Source of the DNA: a virus
Taxonomy: Duplodnaviria; Caudoviricetes
Reading direction: 5' to 3' (one strand)
IMG/VR virus record: IMGVR_UViG_3300037760_000034
Span: 1 to 43,582 of that record
DNA: 43,582 nt
The notes beneath the pieces are model-generated. The model searched no databases, had not been told where the DNA came from, and worked only from the letters and a program-made list of their open reading frames with translations. Both the position numbers and the translations under genes were made by a program. Shown one piece after another: positions 16,893 through 25,272 of the stretch (position 1 is the stretch's first letter; the number at the start of each line of letters is the position of its first letter).

Positions 16893-17285
16893 CTACACTC
16901 CATGCGTGCGCGAGCGCCACTCGCAGGCGATCTCGCTGTTTTCGATGCCGGACACCGCCACCCGGATATAGCTAGGCCGCGCGCCGTACACCGAGCACTG
17001 CTTGCGGAAGTCGTCGCACGCCCGGCTGGCGATCTCCTCGCAGGAGCGGAACGTCCGCACCCGACTGTACGTCTTCACGAAGTAAGCCGGAATGTCATTG
17101 TTGTCGACGAGCCACCCCTGCGGGCAGTCGATCTCCCGCCCGATGATGGTCACGTCGTAGGTGAGCTGCTTCTCACCGTGGTAGCCACACTGCGCCTTGC
17201 TGTTGCCGCTCCATTCCACCGTGAAAGCGCCGGAGCGCCGGATGGTGAGCGTCTTGTCCTGGTCTCTCTGTCGGTCCAGTCTCAT
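16893..17285 (-). CDS. Degenerate QueD/6-pyruvoyl-tetrahydropterin synthase-like (T-fold) protein
   Basis: Order of C..HG, YDVTI.G, GWLVD, SCEEIA, IRVAV mirrors QueD C..HGH, GMVVD, PTAENIA; several catalytic residues absent. Confidence 0.5.
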   Translation of the reverse strand: MRLDRQRDQDKTLTIRRSGAFTVEWSGNSKAQCGYHGEKQLTYDVTIIGREIDCPQGWLVDNNDIPAYFVKTYSRVRTFRSCEEIASRACDDFRKQCSVYGARPSYIRVAVSGIENSEIACEWRSRTHGV

Positions 17286-17467
17286 GATGCGGCCTCCAGC
17301 CCGCCCTCAAGGCGGGCCGTCGTGGGGTTGAAGGGGGCCGTCTTCACGTGGAAGACGTGGCCGGGGAAGAAGTAGCCGTGGCAGATGGGGCAAAAGTGTG
17401 TCGCCCCGATGCTCTGGAGGTACTGCGCGAATGACAGGGTCTTTCGCGGCTTGCGCGTCGTCTTCAT
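17282..17467 (-). CDS. First early gene, small Cys/His protein
   Basis: GAGGAG RBS; HFCPICH...H..H. Confidence 0.65.
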   Translation of the reverse strand: MKTTRKPRKTLSFAQYLQSIGATHFCPICHGYFFPGHVFHVKTAPFNPTTARLEGGLEAAS

Positions 17468-17794
17468 GGTGGATCTCCTCTCAGGTTGGTTTGGTGAGTC
17501 TATCGCGCGCCGCCTCCTGCCCCCCTTGGTCCCGAGGCTCACCCCTTACGGGGCTCCTGGGCGGCGGGGCCGGGCACCCCTATGGTGGCGGGGCTTCCAC
17601 GGCGCGCTGAGCTGGCTTCCGACCTATGTAGTCGCTGGCGGCGAGGGGCTCGATGGCTGGGGGGCCGCTTCCGCCCCCGCCCATCCTGTTCCCCTTCCTA
17701 CTCCACCCGCCCCGGACGGCATCGCGTCTGCCTGCGCCTTCTCACCGGGTCCGTCTCGCTGCCTGCCTTCACCCTATGGAAAATCGGCGTGCTG

Positions 17795-17807
17795 TAAGTA
17801 CTTGATT
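17795..17807 (-). promoter_or_regulatory. IHF-consensus site
   Basis: AATCAAGTACTTA matches WATCAANNNNTTR exactly, in an AT-enriched non-coding stretch. Confidence 0.5.
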
Positions 17808-18018
17808 GACGCAGCGCTCAACAGGGCCTAAACGCCTGCCATTGCTGGCCGAAAGGGCTGGATTCGTACCTGAATATTTTCGTCGCAGTGAGTCATAGCC
17901 AACTACATGAGATCATTGAGCTAAATTATTTTCGGTCGTCAGCCGTTGAGTATTTCAGCCAGTTTCAGCGCAGGCCGCGACCAGGGCGCGCGCCGCCCCG
18001 ATACGATTGTGGGGTGGC

Positions 18019-18037
18019 TCGCGGCGTATAGGAGTGA
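18019..18037 (+). promoter_or_regulatory. Conserved 19-bp motif copy 3 (TCGCGGCGTATAGGAGTGA), candidate late promoter
   Basis: Non-coding, oriented toward terS and the whole plus-strand arm. Confidence 0.8.
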
Positions 18038-18378
18038 AGGGGGCTCGTTACCCTCTCTCATCGCACGCGCGCGCGTCTGCGGCTCTCCTGGCCCACTATA
18101 GGCCGGGAGAGCCCCCTCCTTCTATGCCCCAGGACTGTCTACTCGTCTGCTCGCGCGCGGCTTCTGCTTCTAAGCCTTAAGGATCAAGGGCTTAGGGCCA
18201 TGGCGCGAAGCGCCCCTTGAGCATAGGGGCATAAGGGCGGCTTCGCCGCCTGATGCTCTAGGGAAATCAAGTAGATAGCCCTCACCTTGGTGCCTCTAAC
18301 CCTCAGCTCTGAGCTGGTAGCATACAGCTCGCGGGGCGCAGAGGCACTCTGCAGCGAACTTAAGCACTTAGGGGGCAT

Positions 18379-18825
18379 ATGGCTCGACCGCGTAAGGCAG
18401 ATCTGGTGAAGCAGCTAGGCCCACTTGGGGGCGCGAGTGCGCGGCTCCAACTACTTGAAAGGGCTGGGCTTACGCCTGAGTCCAAGGCGGACATCCTACG
18501 TTCGTTCATCGAACAGGCTCGCCGCGCCATGGAGAGCGCTATGTTCGCGCTGGCCCCCGATCAGCCTGACTGGAATGCACGGCTACGGGCTGGCGCCCAG
18601 CTCGTGCAGCTCATCGAGGCACTGCCGCCCAGGTCCGCGAGCGCAGCAGCCCACGGGCCGCAAGTCGTTGTCGTTAATGAGATCCCTGCGTGGGCTCGTG
18701 ATCCCCAGCAGGCCAAGGCCGTAGTAGTCGAGGCTGGGCCAGGGACCAGGGCGCTCGAAGCCGGTGGCAGCGGTTTCCAGAAAAGTGGACCCCCCCACCC
18801 CCCAAAAGTTGAGCCCCGGCCTTGA
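18379..18825 (+). CDS. terS: Putative terminase small subunit
   Basis: First late gene, MARPRK start, PDWNARLRA helix motif, unusually A/T-rich third codon positions. Confidence 0.55.
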   Translation: MARPRKADLVKQLGPLGGASARLQLLERAGLTPESKADILRSFIEQARRAMESAMFALAPDQPDWNARLRAGAQLVQLIEALPPRSASAAAHGPQVVVVNEIPAWARDPQQAKAVVVEAGPGTRALEAGGSGFQKSGPPHPPKVEPRP

Positions 18826-18881
18826 TAGTGGGGACTTCTTCACCCATTTGTACCAGAATCCGAGGGGGTAAGGACCGAGAC

Positions 18882-19061
18882 GTGCGACCAACGAACGCCG
18901 CGCGCTACTGCCCCTGCTGCTGGCTGAACGAGCCCCACCGCACCGAGCGCAGGGCCGCGAAGGAAGAGATCCGCGTCTGGGTCAACCTGCGCTGGGTCGA
19001 AAGCCAGCGCGCCGAGACGGGCACCGTCCACGTACCATACGACGAATCCGAGGGGCCATGA
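18882..19061 (+). CDS. Hypothetical protein
   Basis: GTG start after TAAGGA; YCPCC motif. Confidence 0.5.
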   Translation: MRPTNAARYCPCCWLNEPHRTERRAAKEEIRVWVNLRWVESQRAETGTVHVPYDESEGP

Positions 19062-19165
19062 GCCTCCCGGCACACCCCAGCTTACGGCTGGGTCACACGG
19101 GCAGACGTTGAAGCCTGTGGGCCGCGCGATGTACCGACCGGCCGCTTGAAGCCCCGCGAAGGGGC

Positions 19166-19645
19166 ATGGAGATGCAGATGGCCCGCTGGAACGACGACGA
19201 GCAGGACGAGAAGGTGGAGCGTGTGATGGAGTGCCCGTCCCCCGACTTCGAGGGGATGGCGAAGCTGGTGGAGCAGATCTTCAAGATCCCGCAGGTGCCC
19301 GGTCCCAAGGGCGACGCGGGTGAGAAGGGCGAGAAGGGCGACAAGGGCGATCCCGGTGAGAAGGGCGAGAAGGGCGATGCCGGGATCAACGGCGTCGACG
19401 GACTCCCCGGCACCAACGGCACGAACGGTGCCGATGGCATCAACGGCACGAACGGCACCAACGGCGCGGACAGCGTCGTGCCCGGTCCCAAGGGCGATGC
19501 CGGAGAGAAGGGCGACAAGGGCGACGCTGGCGAGGATGGCGTGGACGGGGTGGACGGCGAGGATGCCGACCCGGCCGTGACGGATGCGCTGCGGGCCGAG
19601 CTGGACGCTCTCGTGGCGCGGGTGACCGCGCTGGAGCAGGCGTAG
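19166..19645 (+). CDS. Collagen-like protein with C-terminal coiled coil
   Basis: Long Gly-X-Y runs (GEKGDK, GTNGTN), ending in LRAELDALVARVTALE. Confidence 0.85.
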   Translation: MEMQMARWNDDEQDEKVERVMECPSPDFEGMAKLVEQIFKIPQVPGPKGDAGEKGEKGDKGDPGEKGEKGDAGINGVDGLPGTNGTNGADGINGTNGTNGADSVVPGPKGDAGEKGDKGDAGEDGVDGVDGEDADPAVTDALRAELDALVARVTALEQA

Positions 19646-19722
19646 TTCACAAGCAACCAAGCGGGGCGGTGGGGCTGCATCCAATCCCCACCGCTCCGCA
19701 GCAGTTCCCGAGAGGAGAACAC

Positions 19723-19851
19723 ATGATCGACTTCATCAAGGCGCACTACGGCAAGGGCGTCGCCGCGCTGGTCGCCTGGGTCGCCGAGGCGAAGCTGGGC
19801 CTCAGCGAGTACGTCAACCAGATCCTCGCCGTCATCGGCATCGGGGGCTGA
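19723..19851 (+). CDS. Small hydrophobic protein (42 aa)
   Basis: GAGGAG RBS; MIDFIKAHYGKGVAALVAWV... Confidence 0.6.
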   Translation: MIDFIKAHYGKGVAALVAWVAEAKLGLSEYVNQILAVIGIGG

Positions 19852-19903
19852 TCGTGGCCTCCAAGAAGCGCAAGGGCGGCAACAAGAAGAAGGGGGGCTA
19901 CTG

Positions 19904-20068
19904 ATGCCCCGCACCGCGTACCTCGCCGACAAGGAGATCGAAGAGCGTCTGTTCTGCGAGGCCGACATCGAGCTGTACTCCGCCGCACAGGTGACCGATC
20001 TCGTCGCAGCGGACTTCATCGAGTTCGCGGACGCCGACGCCGAGTTCTACCTCGTCATCGCAGGCTGA
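19904..20068 (+). CDS. Small acidic protein (54 aa)
   Basis: MPRTAYLADKEIEERLF...; D/E-rich; TGATG-coupled to a 16-codon basic ORF. Confidence 0.55.
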   Translation: MPRTAYLADKEIEERLFCEADIELYSAAQVTDLVAADFIEFADADAEFYLVIAG

Positions 20069-20076
20069 TCGTTCAT

Positions 20077-20152
20077 GGTGGCCGTGATGTAAGCGGCAGC
20101 ATTCCAGCCTGTGACGCTGGACGTTCGGGTTCGAGCCCCGACAGCCACCCCA
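20077..20152 (+). tRNA. tRNA-His (GTG)
   Basis: Cloverleaf: G-1:C73, anticodon arm CCAGC-CTGTGAC-GCTGG, T arm TCGGG-TTCGAGC-CCCGA, encoded CCA; one C-A mismatch in the acceptor stem. Confidence 0.9.
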
Positions 20153-20310
20153 ACCACAACCCGGCCAGATCTGCCCCGCTTGGCCTGGGGCGCGAGAGCG
20201 TCCCACATGGCGATGGACGACATCGACAGCGGAGACCTGACGTACTCCGACCCGGAGTGCCCCGAGTGCGTTCATCCGCACGGAGGACAACACAACCACT
20301 GGAGGAAGAC

Positions 20311-20535
20311 ATGCACTGGTCGTTCGGTCTCCGCAAGCCACAAGTCGCAGCGCCCCGGCACTTCTCGTACCGGCCCGCTCACCGCGTGACCCTGCAGGAA
20401 CACGGCCCCGGCGTCCCGTCCGGGTTCGTCTTTGAAATCCCGTTCGAGATTCCGACCAGCATCGGGAGCGCCTGCCGCGAAGGCGTCGCGCCGCGCGGGT
20501 GGATCGTCTTCCCCATCCAGCACTCACGCTCATGA
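20311..20535 (+). CDS. Hypothetical protein
   Basis: GGAGG RBS, ATGA overlap with the next gene. Confidence 0.5.
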   Translation: MHWSFGLRKPQVAAPRHFSYRPAHRVTLQEHGPGVPSGFVFEIPFEIPTSIGSACREGVAPRGWIVFPIQHSRS

Positions 20536-20996
20536 CGCCCGAGGCGCGGGCCAAGGCCATCGCGGAGCTGGAAGATCGGGAACTGAAGCCGCCGCAGCTC
20601 CGTCTCACTCCCGAAGAGATCGAGCAGCTCGAAGCTGAGAAGCGTGCGCTGACGGACGGCTTCGTGAAGCCACGGTCGGACGCCGGGCGCATCAGCGGCG
20701 AAGGCACCGCCATCGACGCGGGGCCGACGCTGGCGCGGCCCCTCAAGGAAGTGGTGGAGTCGAACATCCGCACCCTCGAAGCCACCGACCGCCTGCTGGC
20801 CCCGGCGCGCGACCGTCAGGCCCCGCGTCCGCTGGGCGATGTGGACACCGACGTTCTGGCCCGGCTGCTGACGGCGGCGAAGGAATCCTCGAAGCGCGCC
20901 GCCGCGCTCCGGCACCAAGCGGCGAACGCCGAAGCCGACGCGCGCGAAACGCGTCAGGCGCTCGACGAATACATGGACGAGTGCGGGCTCCGGTGA
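20532..20996 (+). CDS. Hypothetical helical protein
   Basis: MTPEARAKAIAELE...; codon usage typical of the genome. Confidence 0.65.
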   Translation: MTPEARAKAIAELEDRELKPPQLRLTPEEIEQLEAEKRALTDGFVKPRSDAGRISGEGTAIDAGPTLARPLKEVVESNIRTLEATDRLLAPARDRQAPRPLGDVDTDVLARLLTAAKESSKRAAALRHQAANAEADARETRQALDEYMDECGLR

Positions 20997-21066
20997 TGTG
21001 CGGCCTCTGCGGCGCGAAGTACAACAACGTCGGTGACATCGACCATTTCGACTGGTGTCCTTGCGC

Positions 21067-21237
21067 GTGAACTACCGCATCGTCGAGCTGGACTGCTGGT
21101 GCGGGCGACACCTGATCTGTACGTACGCGGCGTGCGATCCTGACCCGTCGTTCACCTGCGCGCAGTGCTCGCGCGTGTATCGGGTCATCTCGTCCTTCAC
21201 CGCCGAGTGGCCGACGTTCGAGCTGGTGTCGCGGTGA
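21067..21237 (+). CDS. Zinc-ribbon protein (56 aa)
   Basis: CWCG...CAQC; GTGA overlap with terL. Confidence 0.55.
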   Translation: MNYRIVELDCWCGRHLICTYAACDPDPSFTCAQCSRVYRVISSFTAEWPTFELVSR

Positions 21238-22697
21238 GTTTCAACCCGCGTTCGTACCAGCTCCCGTTCCTGCACACCTTCGCACCGCTGCTGACCGACT
21301 GGCGGAACGCGACGGTGCGCCGCGCCATCATGGTGTGGCACCGCCGCGCAGGCAAGGACATGACGGCGCTGAACTTCGTCGAGGCCGCGATGCGGCACCG
21401 GAGCGGCGTCTACTACCACTTCCTGCCGACGTACACGCAGGCGAAGAAGATCATCTGGGACGGCAAGGACAAAGAGGGTCGTCCCTTCCTGGCGAACTTC
21501 AACAGCCAGTTTTTCGACGGCGACCCGCACCAGACCGAGCTGAAGATCAAGTACCGGCCGACGCCGCAGGCGCCACACGGTTCGATCTACCAGCTCATCG
21601 GCGGAGACCAGATCGACACCATCGTGGGCACGAACCCGGTGGGCGTGATCTTCTCCGAGTACCCGCTGATGTCGCCGCGTGCGTGGGATCTGGTCCGTCC
21701 GATCCTCCGCGAGAACGGCGGGTGGGCGATCTTCATCTTCACCCCTCGCGGTAAGAATCACGCGTTCGATCTGTGGGACGGCGTCAAGGACGACCCCGAG
21801 TGGTTCCGGTCGCTTCTCACGATCAAGAACACGCGCCGCGACGCCGAGGGCGAAGACGGCTCGCCGGTCATGACGGATGCCGACGTACAGTCGGAGATCC
21901 GCGCCGGGATGTCGCGCGAGCTGGCGAACCAGGAGTTCTACTGCTCGTTCGAGGGCGCGCTCGAAGGCGCGTACTACGCGGACCAGATGCTGGACGCGGA
22001 AACCGAGCACCGCATCGACAGCGTCCCGTGGATCAAAGGGCTCCCCGTCGACACCGCCTGGGACTTAGGCCTCGACGACGAGACCGCCATCTGGTTCACG
22101 CAGACGGTCAGCTCGACCAAGCTGCACGTCATCGACTACGTCGAGAGCGACAACACGAGCCTGACGAAGTGGCTGGAGTACCTCTCGCGTCTGCCGTACT
22201 TCTACGGGCGGCACTACGCACCGTTCGACATGGAGGTGCGGAACTACGAGACGGGGCAGACCCGTACGCAGTTCGCCGCGACGAAGGGCGTCTACTTCGA
22301 GGTGATGCCGAAGCTGGCGGTCGAGGACGGTGTCGACGCCGCCCGCCGCCTCTTCCCGTACTGCTGGTTCGACAAGGAGAAGTGCCACGCTGGTCTCAGC
22401 GCGCTGCGCTCGTACCACCGCGCGCGGGACGAGAAGCTGGGTACCTTCAAGCCGACGCCGGTTCACGACTGGGCCTCTCACGGCGCGGACGCCTGGCGGC
22501 AACGCGCGGTCGCATGGCGCGGCGAGCTGGGCAACATGCCGCAGCCCGTTGCAGGCGGGCGAGCCTGGATGAACCGCAACGAGAAGAACCAGCCGCACGT
22601 CGATTGGAAGCGCGACGGCGGACGCCGCGCCGAGATCGAAACGAGCGAGAACGTCGACATCGAGTGGGGGGACTCCTGGTGGGGAAAGACGGAATGA
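21234..22697 (+). CDS. terL: Terminase large subunit
   Basis: PRSYQ, HRRAGKD (Walker A), VIFSEY (Walker B variant), FTPRGKNH, AWDLG, HDWASHGADA. Confidence 0.92.
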   Translation: MSFNPRSYQLPFLHTFAPLLTDWRNATVRRAIMVWHRRAGKDMTALNFVEAAMRHRSGVYYHFLPTYTQAKKIIWDGKDKEGRPFLANFNSQFFDGDPHQTELKIKYRPTPQAPHGSIYQLIGGDQIDTIVGTNPVGVIFSEYPLMSPRAWDLVRPILRENGGWAIFIFTPRGKNHAFDLWDGVKDDPEWFRSLLTIKNTRRDAEGEDGSPVMTDADVQSEIRAGMSRELANQEFYCSFEGALEGAYYADQMLDAETEHRIDSVPWIKGLPVDTAWDLGLDDETAIWFTQTVSSTKLHVIDYVESDNTSLTKWLEYLSRLPYFYGRHYAPFDMEVRNYETGQTRTQFAATKGVYFEVMPKLAVEDGVDAARRLFPYCWFDKEKCHAGLSALRSYHRARDEKLGTFKPTPVHDWASHGADAWRQRAVAWRGELGNMPQPVAGGRAWMNRNEKNQPHVDWKRDGGRRAEIETSENVDIEWGDSWWGKTE

Positions 22698-22954
22698 AAG
22701 CCAGTGATCGGATGATCGACCACATCAGCGCGCGGGCCGCAGTCGAGCGCCACGCCGCGCAGTCCGAAGACCGCAACCTCGACGCCGTACGTGGGCGCGC
22801 GCTGGACCGTGCCGACCGTCGTGAGTGGTCGCAGAAGAAGTTCGCAGTCGGCGGCGAGTTCCGCTGGCAGGAGACGGTGTCCCAACCGAAGCAGCACGGG
22901 CGTCGACGCTTCGTCTACGACCCCGCATCCGACCGCGTGGTCGAGATCAACTGA
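22694..22954 (+). CDS. Hypothetical protein
   Basis: ATGA overlap with the terL stop. Confidence 0.6.
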   Translation: MKASDRMIDHISARAAVERHAAQSEDRNLDAVRGRALDRADRREWSQKKFAVGGEFRWQETVSQPKQHGRRRFVYDPASDRVVEIN

Positions 22955-22964
22955 GGAGAGTACG

Positions 22965-23168
22965 ATGGAAAAGACGTTCGAGATGAAGATCGACACCGTC
23001 GACGCCGACACGGTGACCCTGATCCGCAACCCCCGGTACGGCATCGTAAACGCGGTGGCCGAGAGCCCCGACCTGACCAACATCGTGATCGAGTACGGCA
23101 CCGCGCGCGACGAGGAGCTGTTCCCCCTCGACGACGGCGAGTACACCATCACCATTCGGAAGAAGTAG
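22965..23168 (+). CDS. Hypothetical protein
   Basis: GAGGAG RBS, 67 aa. Confidence 0.65.
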   Translation: MEKTFEMKIDTVDADTVTLIRNPRYGIVNAVAESPDLTNIVIEYGTARDEELFPLDDGEYTITIRKK

Positions 23169-23177
23169 GAGCGCGCC

Positions 23178-23798
23178 ATGGCCGGAGCGATCAACCATCG
23201 GTTCGACAGCCCCGTTCCCGACGAGGGCGTGGCCGAGGAAGTTGGCCCCAACGAGTGGGACGATTCCCTCGTCGTCTCCGAAGGCGCGGACGGGCAGGCC
23301 TTCGTCCGTCGCACCTCGGCCACCGATGGCTGGGAGCTGATCTACCTCGGCGCGCCGCTCGCCTTCATCAACGCCACCCAAGCGGCGAACAGCGGGACGG
23401 GCCTCACCGACCTGCACGCGTTCACCTTCCCGCTCGATCACTTCAACGCGAACAAGCGGGCGGTGCGCTACAAGTTCACCGGCTCCTTCGCGGCGAACGC
23501 GAACGTCAAGACCCTGAACTTCGTTTGGGGTGGGGGCGCGGCCATCGTGCTGAACCCCGTGACCGGCTCGCCCAACGGCGTCCGGTTCGATGTGGAGATC
23601 CTGGTCATCCGCACCGGAGTCGACGCGCAGGACATCTACATCAAGTCTCTCGTCGGCCTTGCGGCGTACGATCTCGTCTCGAAGACCAGCCGGACGGAAG
23701 ACGACGGTGCGGCCATCATCGGCAAGATCACGGGCCAGAGCGGCACGGCCAGCAACGACATCCTCCTCGACTGCACCACGGTCGAGTACCTGAACTAA
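23178..23798 (+). CDS. Putative virion structural protein (beta-rich)
   Basis: AGGAG RBS; G/T/A/V-rich beta-strand pattern in the late arm. Confidence 0.55.
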   Translation: MAGAINHRFDSPVPDEGVAEEVGPNEWDDSLVVSEGADGQAFVRRTSATDGWELIYLGAPLAFINATQAANSGTGLTDLHAFTFPLDHFNANKRAVRYKFTGSFAANANVKTLNFVWGGGAAIVLNPVTGSPNGVRFDVEILVIRTGVDAQDIYIKSLVGLAAYDLVSKTSRTEDDGAAIIGKITGQSGTASNDILLDCTTVEYLN

Positions 23799-23808
23799 GG
23801 GAGCCCTC

Positions 23809-24093
23809 ATGGCGAACGTAGTCAACACACCGGGCGTCCTCACGCTCGACACCGCAGCGATCATCAGCGCGACGCTACCGTTCCACATCACCCAGATCGT
23901 GTACGCCGCGCCTGCCGCTGCCGTGGGCGCATGCACGCTGGAAGACGGCGAGGGTCGGCTGATCGCGACGCTGCGTGCGCCCGTGAGCGGGCTTGCGGTG
24001 GTGAACTTCGGGCACGAGGGCAAGAAGTTCGTCGGCCTGGAGCTGGCGACCATCACCGCCTCCAGCAACCTGACCATCTACTGCAAGGACTAG
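23809..24093 (+). CDS. Putative small structural protein
   Basis: AAGGGAG RBS; small beta-sandwich-like pattern. Confidence 0.55.
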   Translation: MANVVNTPGVLTLDTAAIISATLPFHITQIVYAAPAAAVGACTLEDGEGRLIATLRAPVSGLAVVNFGHEGKKFVGLELATITASSNLTIYCKD

Positions 24094-24097
24094 CCGG

Positions 24098-24505
24098 ATG
24101 GCTGGCCTCTCGACGTACACGATCAACCGCATCCGGGATCACCTCTACCGGACGGCCACGATGTCCAAGGTCACCACGCTGTGGATCTCGCTGCACACGG
24201 GCGACCCCGGCCTCACCGGTCTGAACGAGGTGACGGAGGCGTGGTACGGTCGCATCCAGCGCGACGCGGGTGACGCCAACTGGGACGACGCCGTCGACGG
24301 TGAGGCGGGGAACATCGCAGCCGTCGTGTTCGGCTCGCCGACCGGCATGGGCGGATCGCTGATCGTGACGCACGTCGGAGTCTGGGAAGCCGAGACTGTG
24401 GGAAACTTCGTCCAGGGCGGCGCCCTCGACAACCCGAAGACGATCAACAACGGCGACGCTCCGCCTGAGTTCACGGCGTTGGAGCTGCGCGCGGCGTTCG
24501 AGTAG
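24098..24505 (+). CDS. Phage tail-fibre-associated structural protein
   Basis: LHTGDPG...EV...YGR, N...VF, VTHVGVWEA.T.GNF, INNGD motifs common in this class. Confidence 0.65.
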   Translation: MAGLSTYTINRIRDHLYRTATMSKVTTLWISLHTGDPGLTGLNEVTEAWYGRIQRDAGDANWDDAVDGEAGNIAAVVFGSPTGMGGSLIVTHVGVWEAETVGNFVQGGALDNPKTINNGDAPPEFTALELRAAFE

Positions 24506-24506
24506 C

Positions 24507-25271
24507 ATGGCGGACTGGAACTACATCGGCAACAGTCGGGTCACCGACGACGGCGGAGGCGCGTCACGCAAGAACGTCGACACCGGCTCCGCCAACACCA
24601 AGACGGCGTGGGTGGAGATGACCGCATCTCTGCCGCATACGATCTGCGGCATCCTTGCGGAACTTCAGAATGCGCCGGGCGAGTATCAGGTGCTCGACAT
24701 CGGGGTCGGTGCGGCCGGATCAGAAGTGGTTGTGGTCCCTGATGTACGGGCGTCCAATTCGCTCTCTGGCGTTCACGCCAACCTGGGGCTCTACATCCCT
24801 CTGTCGCTCCCGGCAGGATCGAGGGTCGTATGCCGCTCGCAGGGATCTGCCGGTGGCGCATTCATGCGGGTGAAGTTCCAGTACCTCGGAGATGCGTGGG
24901 CGGGTATCCAGGCTCCGAGTCGATACGAGAACTGGGGCTTCAACTCGGGCACCACGAAGGGCACGCAGTTCACCACCGGGTCAGGATCGAAGGGCGCGTG
25001 GGTGCAGCTAGTCGCGGCCAGCGCGTTCACCACGAAGTGGATGAACATCTACCTGGTCGGCGACACGGCTCCAGCAGACTTCTTCATCGACATCGGCATC
25101 GGAGCGGCGGCGTCAGAGATCGTGCTCTTCTCGGATCTGGCGTACACCGTCGAGAACCTGGCGCAGCACATCGGTCCATTCCCGTTCTCGATCCCGGCAG
25201 GGACTCGTGTAGCGGTGCGTGGTCAAGCGGGCGGACAGACCAACACATGCCACATCTTGGTGGGAGGCTAG
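24507..25271 (+). CDS. Tandem two-domain putative receptor-binding/structural protein
   Basis: Internal duplication (K.AWV.. / DIG.GAA.SE.V / PAG.RV..R.Q twice). Confidence 0.6.
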   Translation: MADWNYIGNSRVTDDGGGASRKNVDTGSANTKTAWVEMTASLPHTICGILAELQNAPGEYQVLDIGVGAAGSEVVVVPDVRASNSLSGVHANLGLYIPLSLPAGSRVVCRSQGSAGGAFMRVKFQYLGDAWAGIQAPSRYENWGFNSGTTKGTQFTTGSGSKGAWVQLVAASAFTTKWMNIYLVGDTAPADFFIDIGIGAAASEIVLFSDLAYTVENLAQHIGPFPFSIPAGTRVAVRGQAGGQTNTCHILVGG

Positions 25272-25272
25272 C

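Noticed and set aside
18094-18102. CACTATAGG resembling the T7 promoter start
   Set aside because: Noticed once only, lacks the upstream T7 specificity region, and no T7-type polymerase gene is recognisable.
19290-19570. Nucleotide repeats as an array or diversity-generating element
   Set aside because: Fully explained by Gly-X-Y collagen coding; no reverse transcriptase or template/variable repeat pair seen despite BPP-1-like structural genes.
21646-21663. Terminase Walker B reading FSEY rather than DE
   Set aside because: All other ATPase and nuclease motifs are intact, and I recall this variant in other terminases; not evidence of inactivation.
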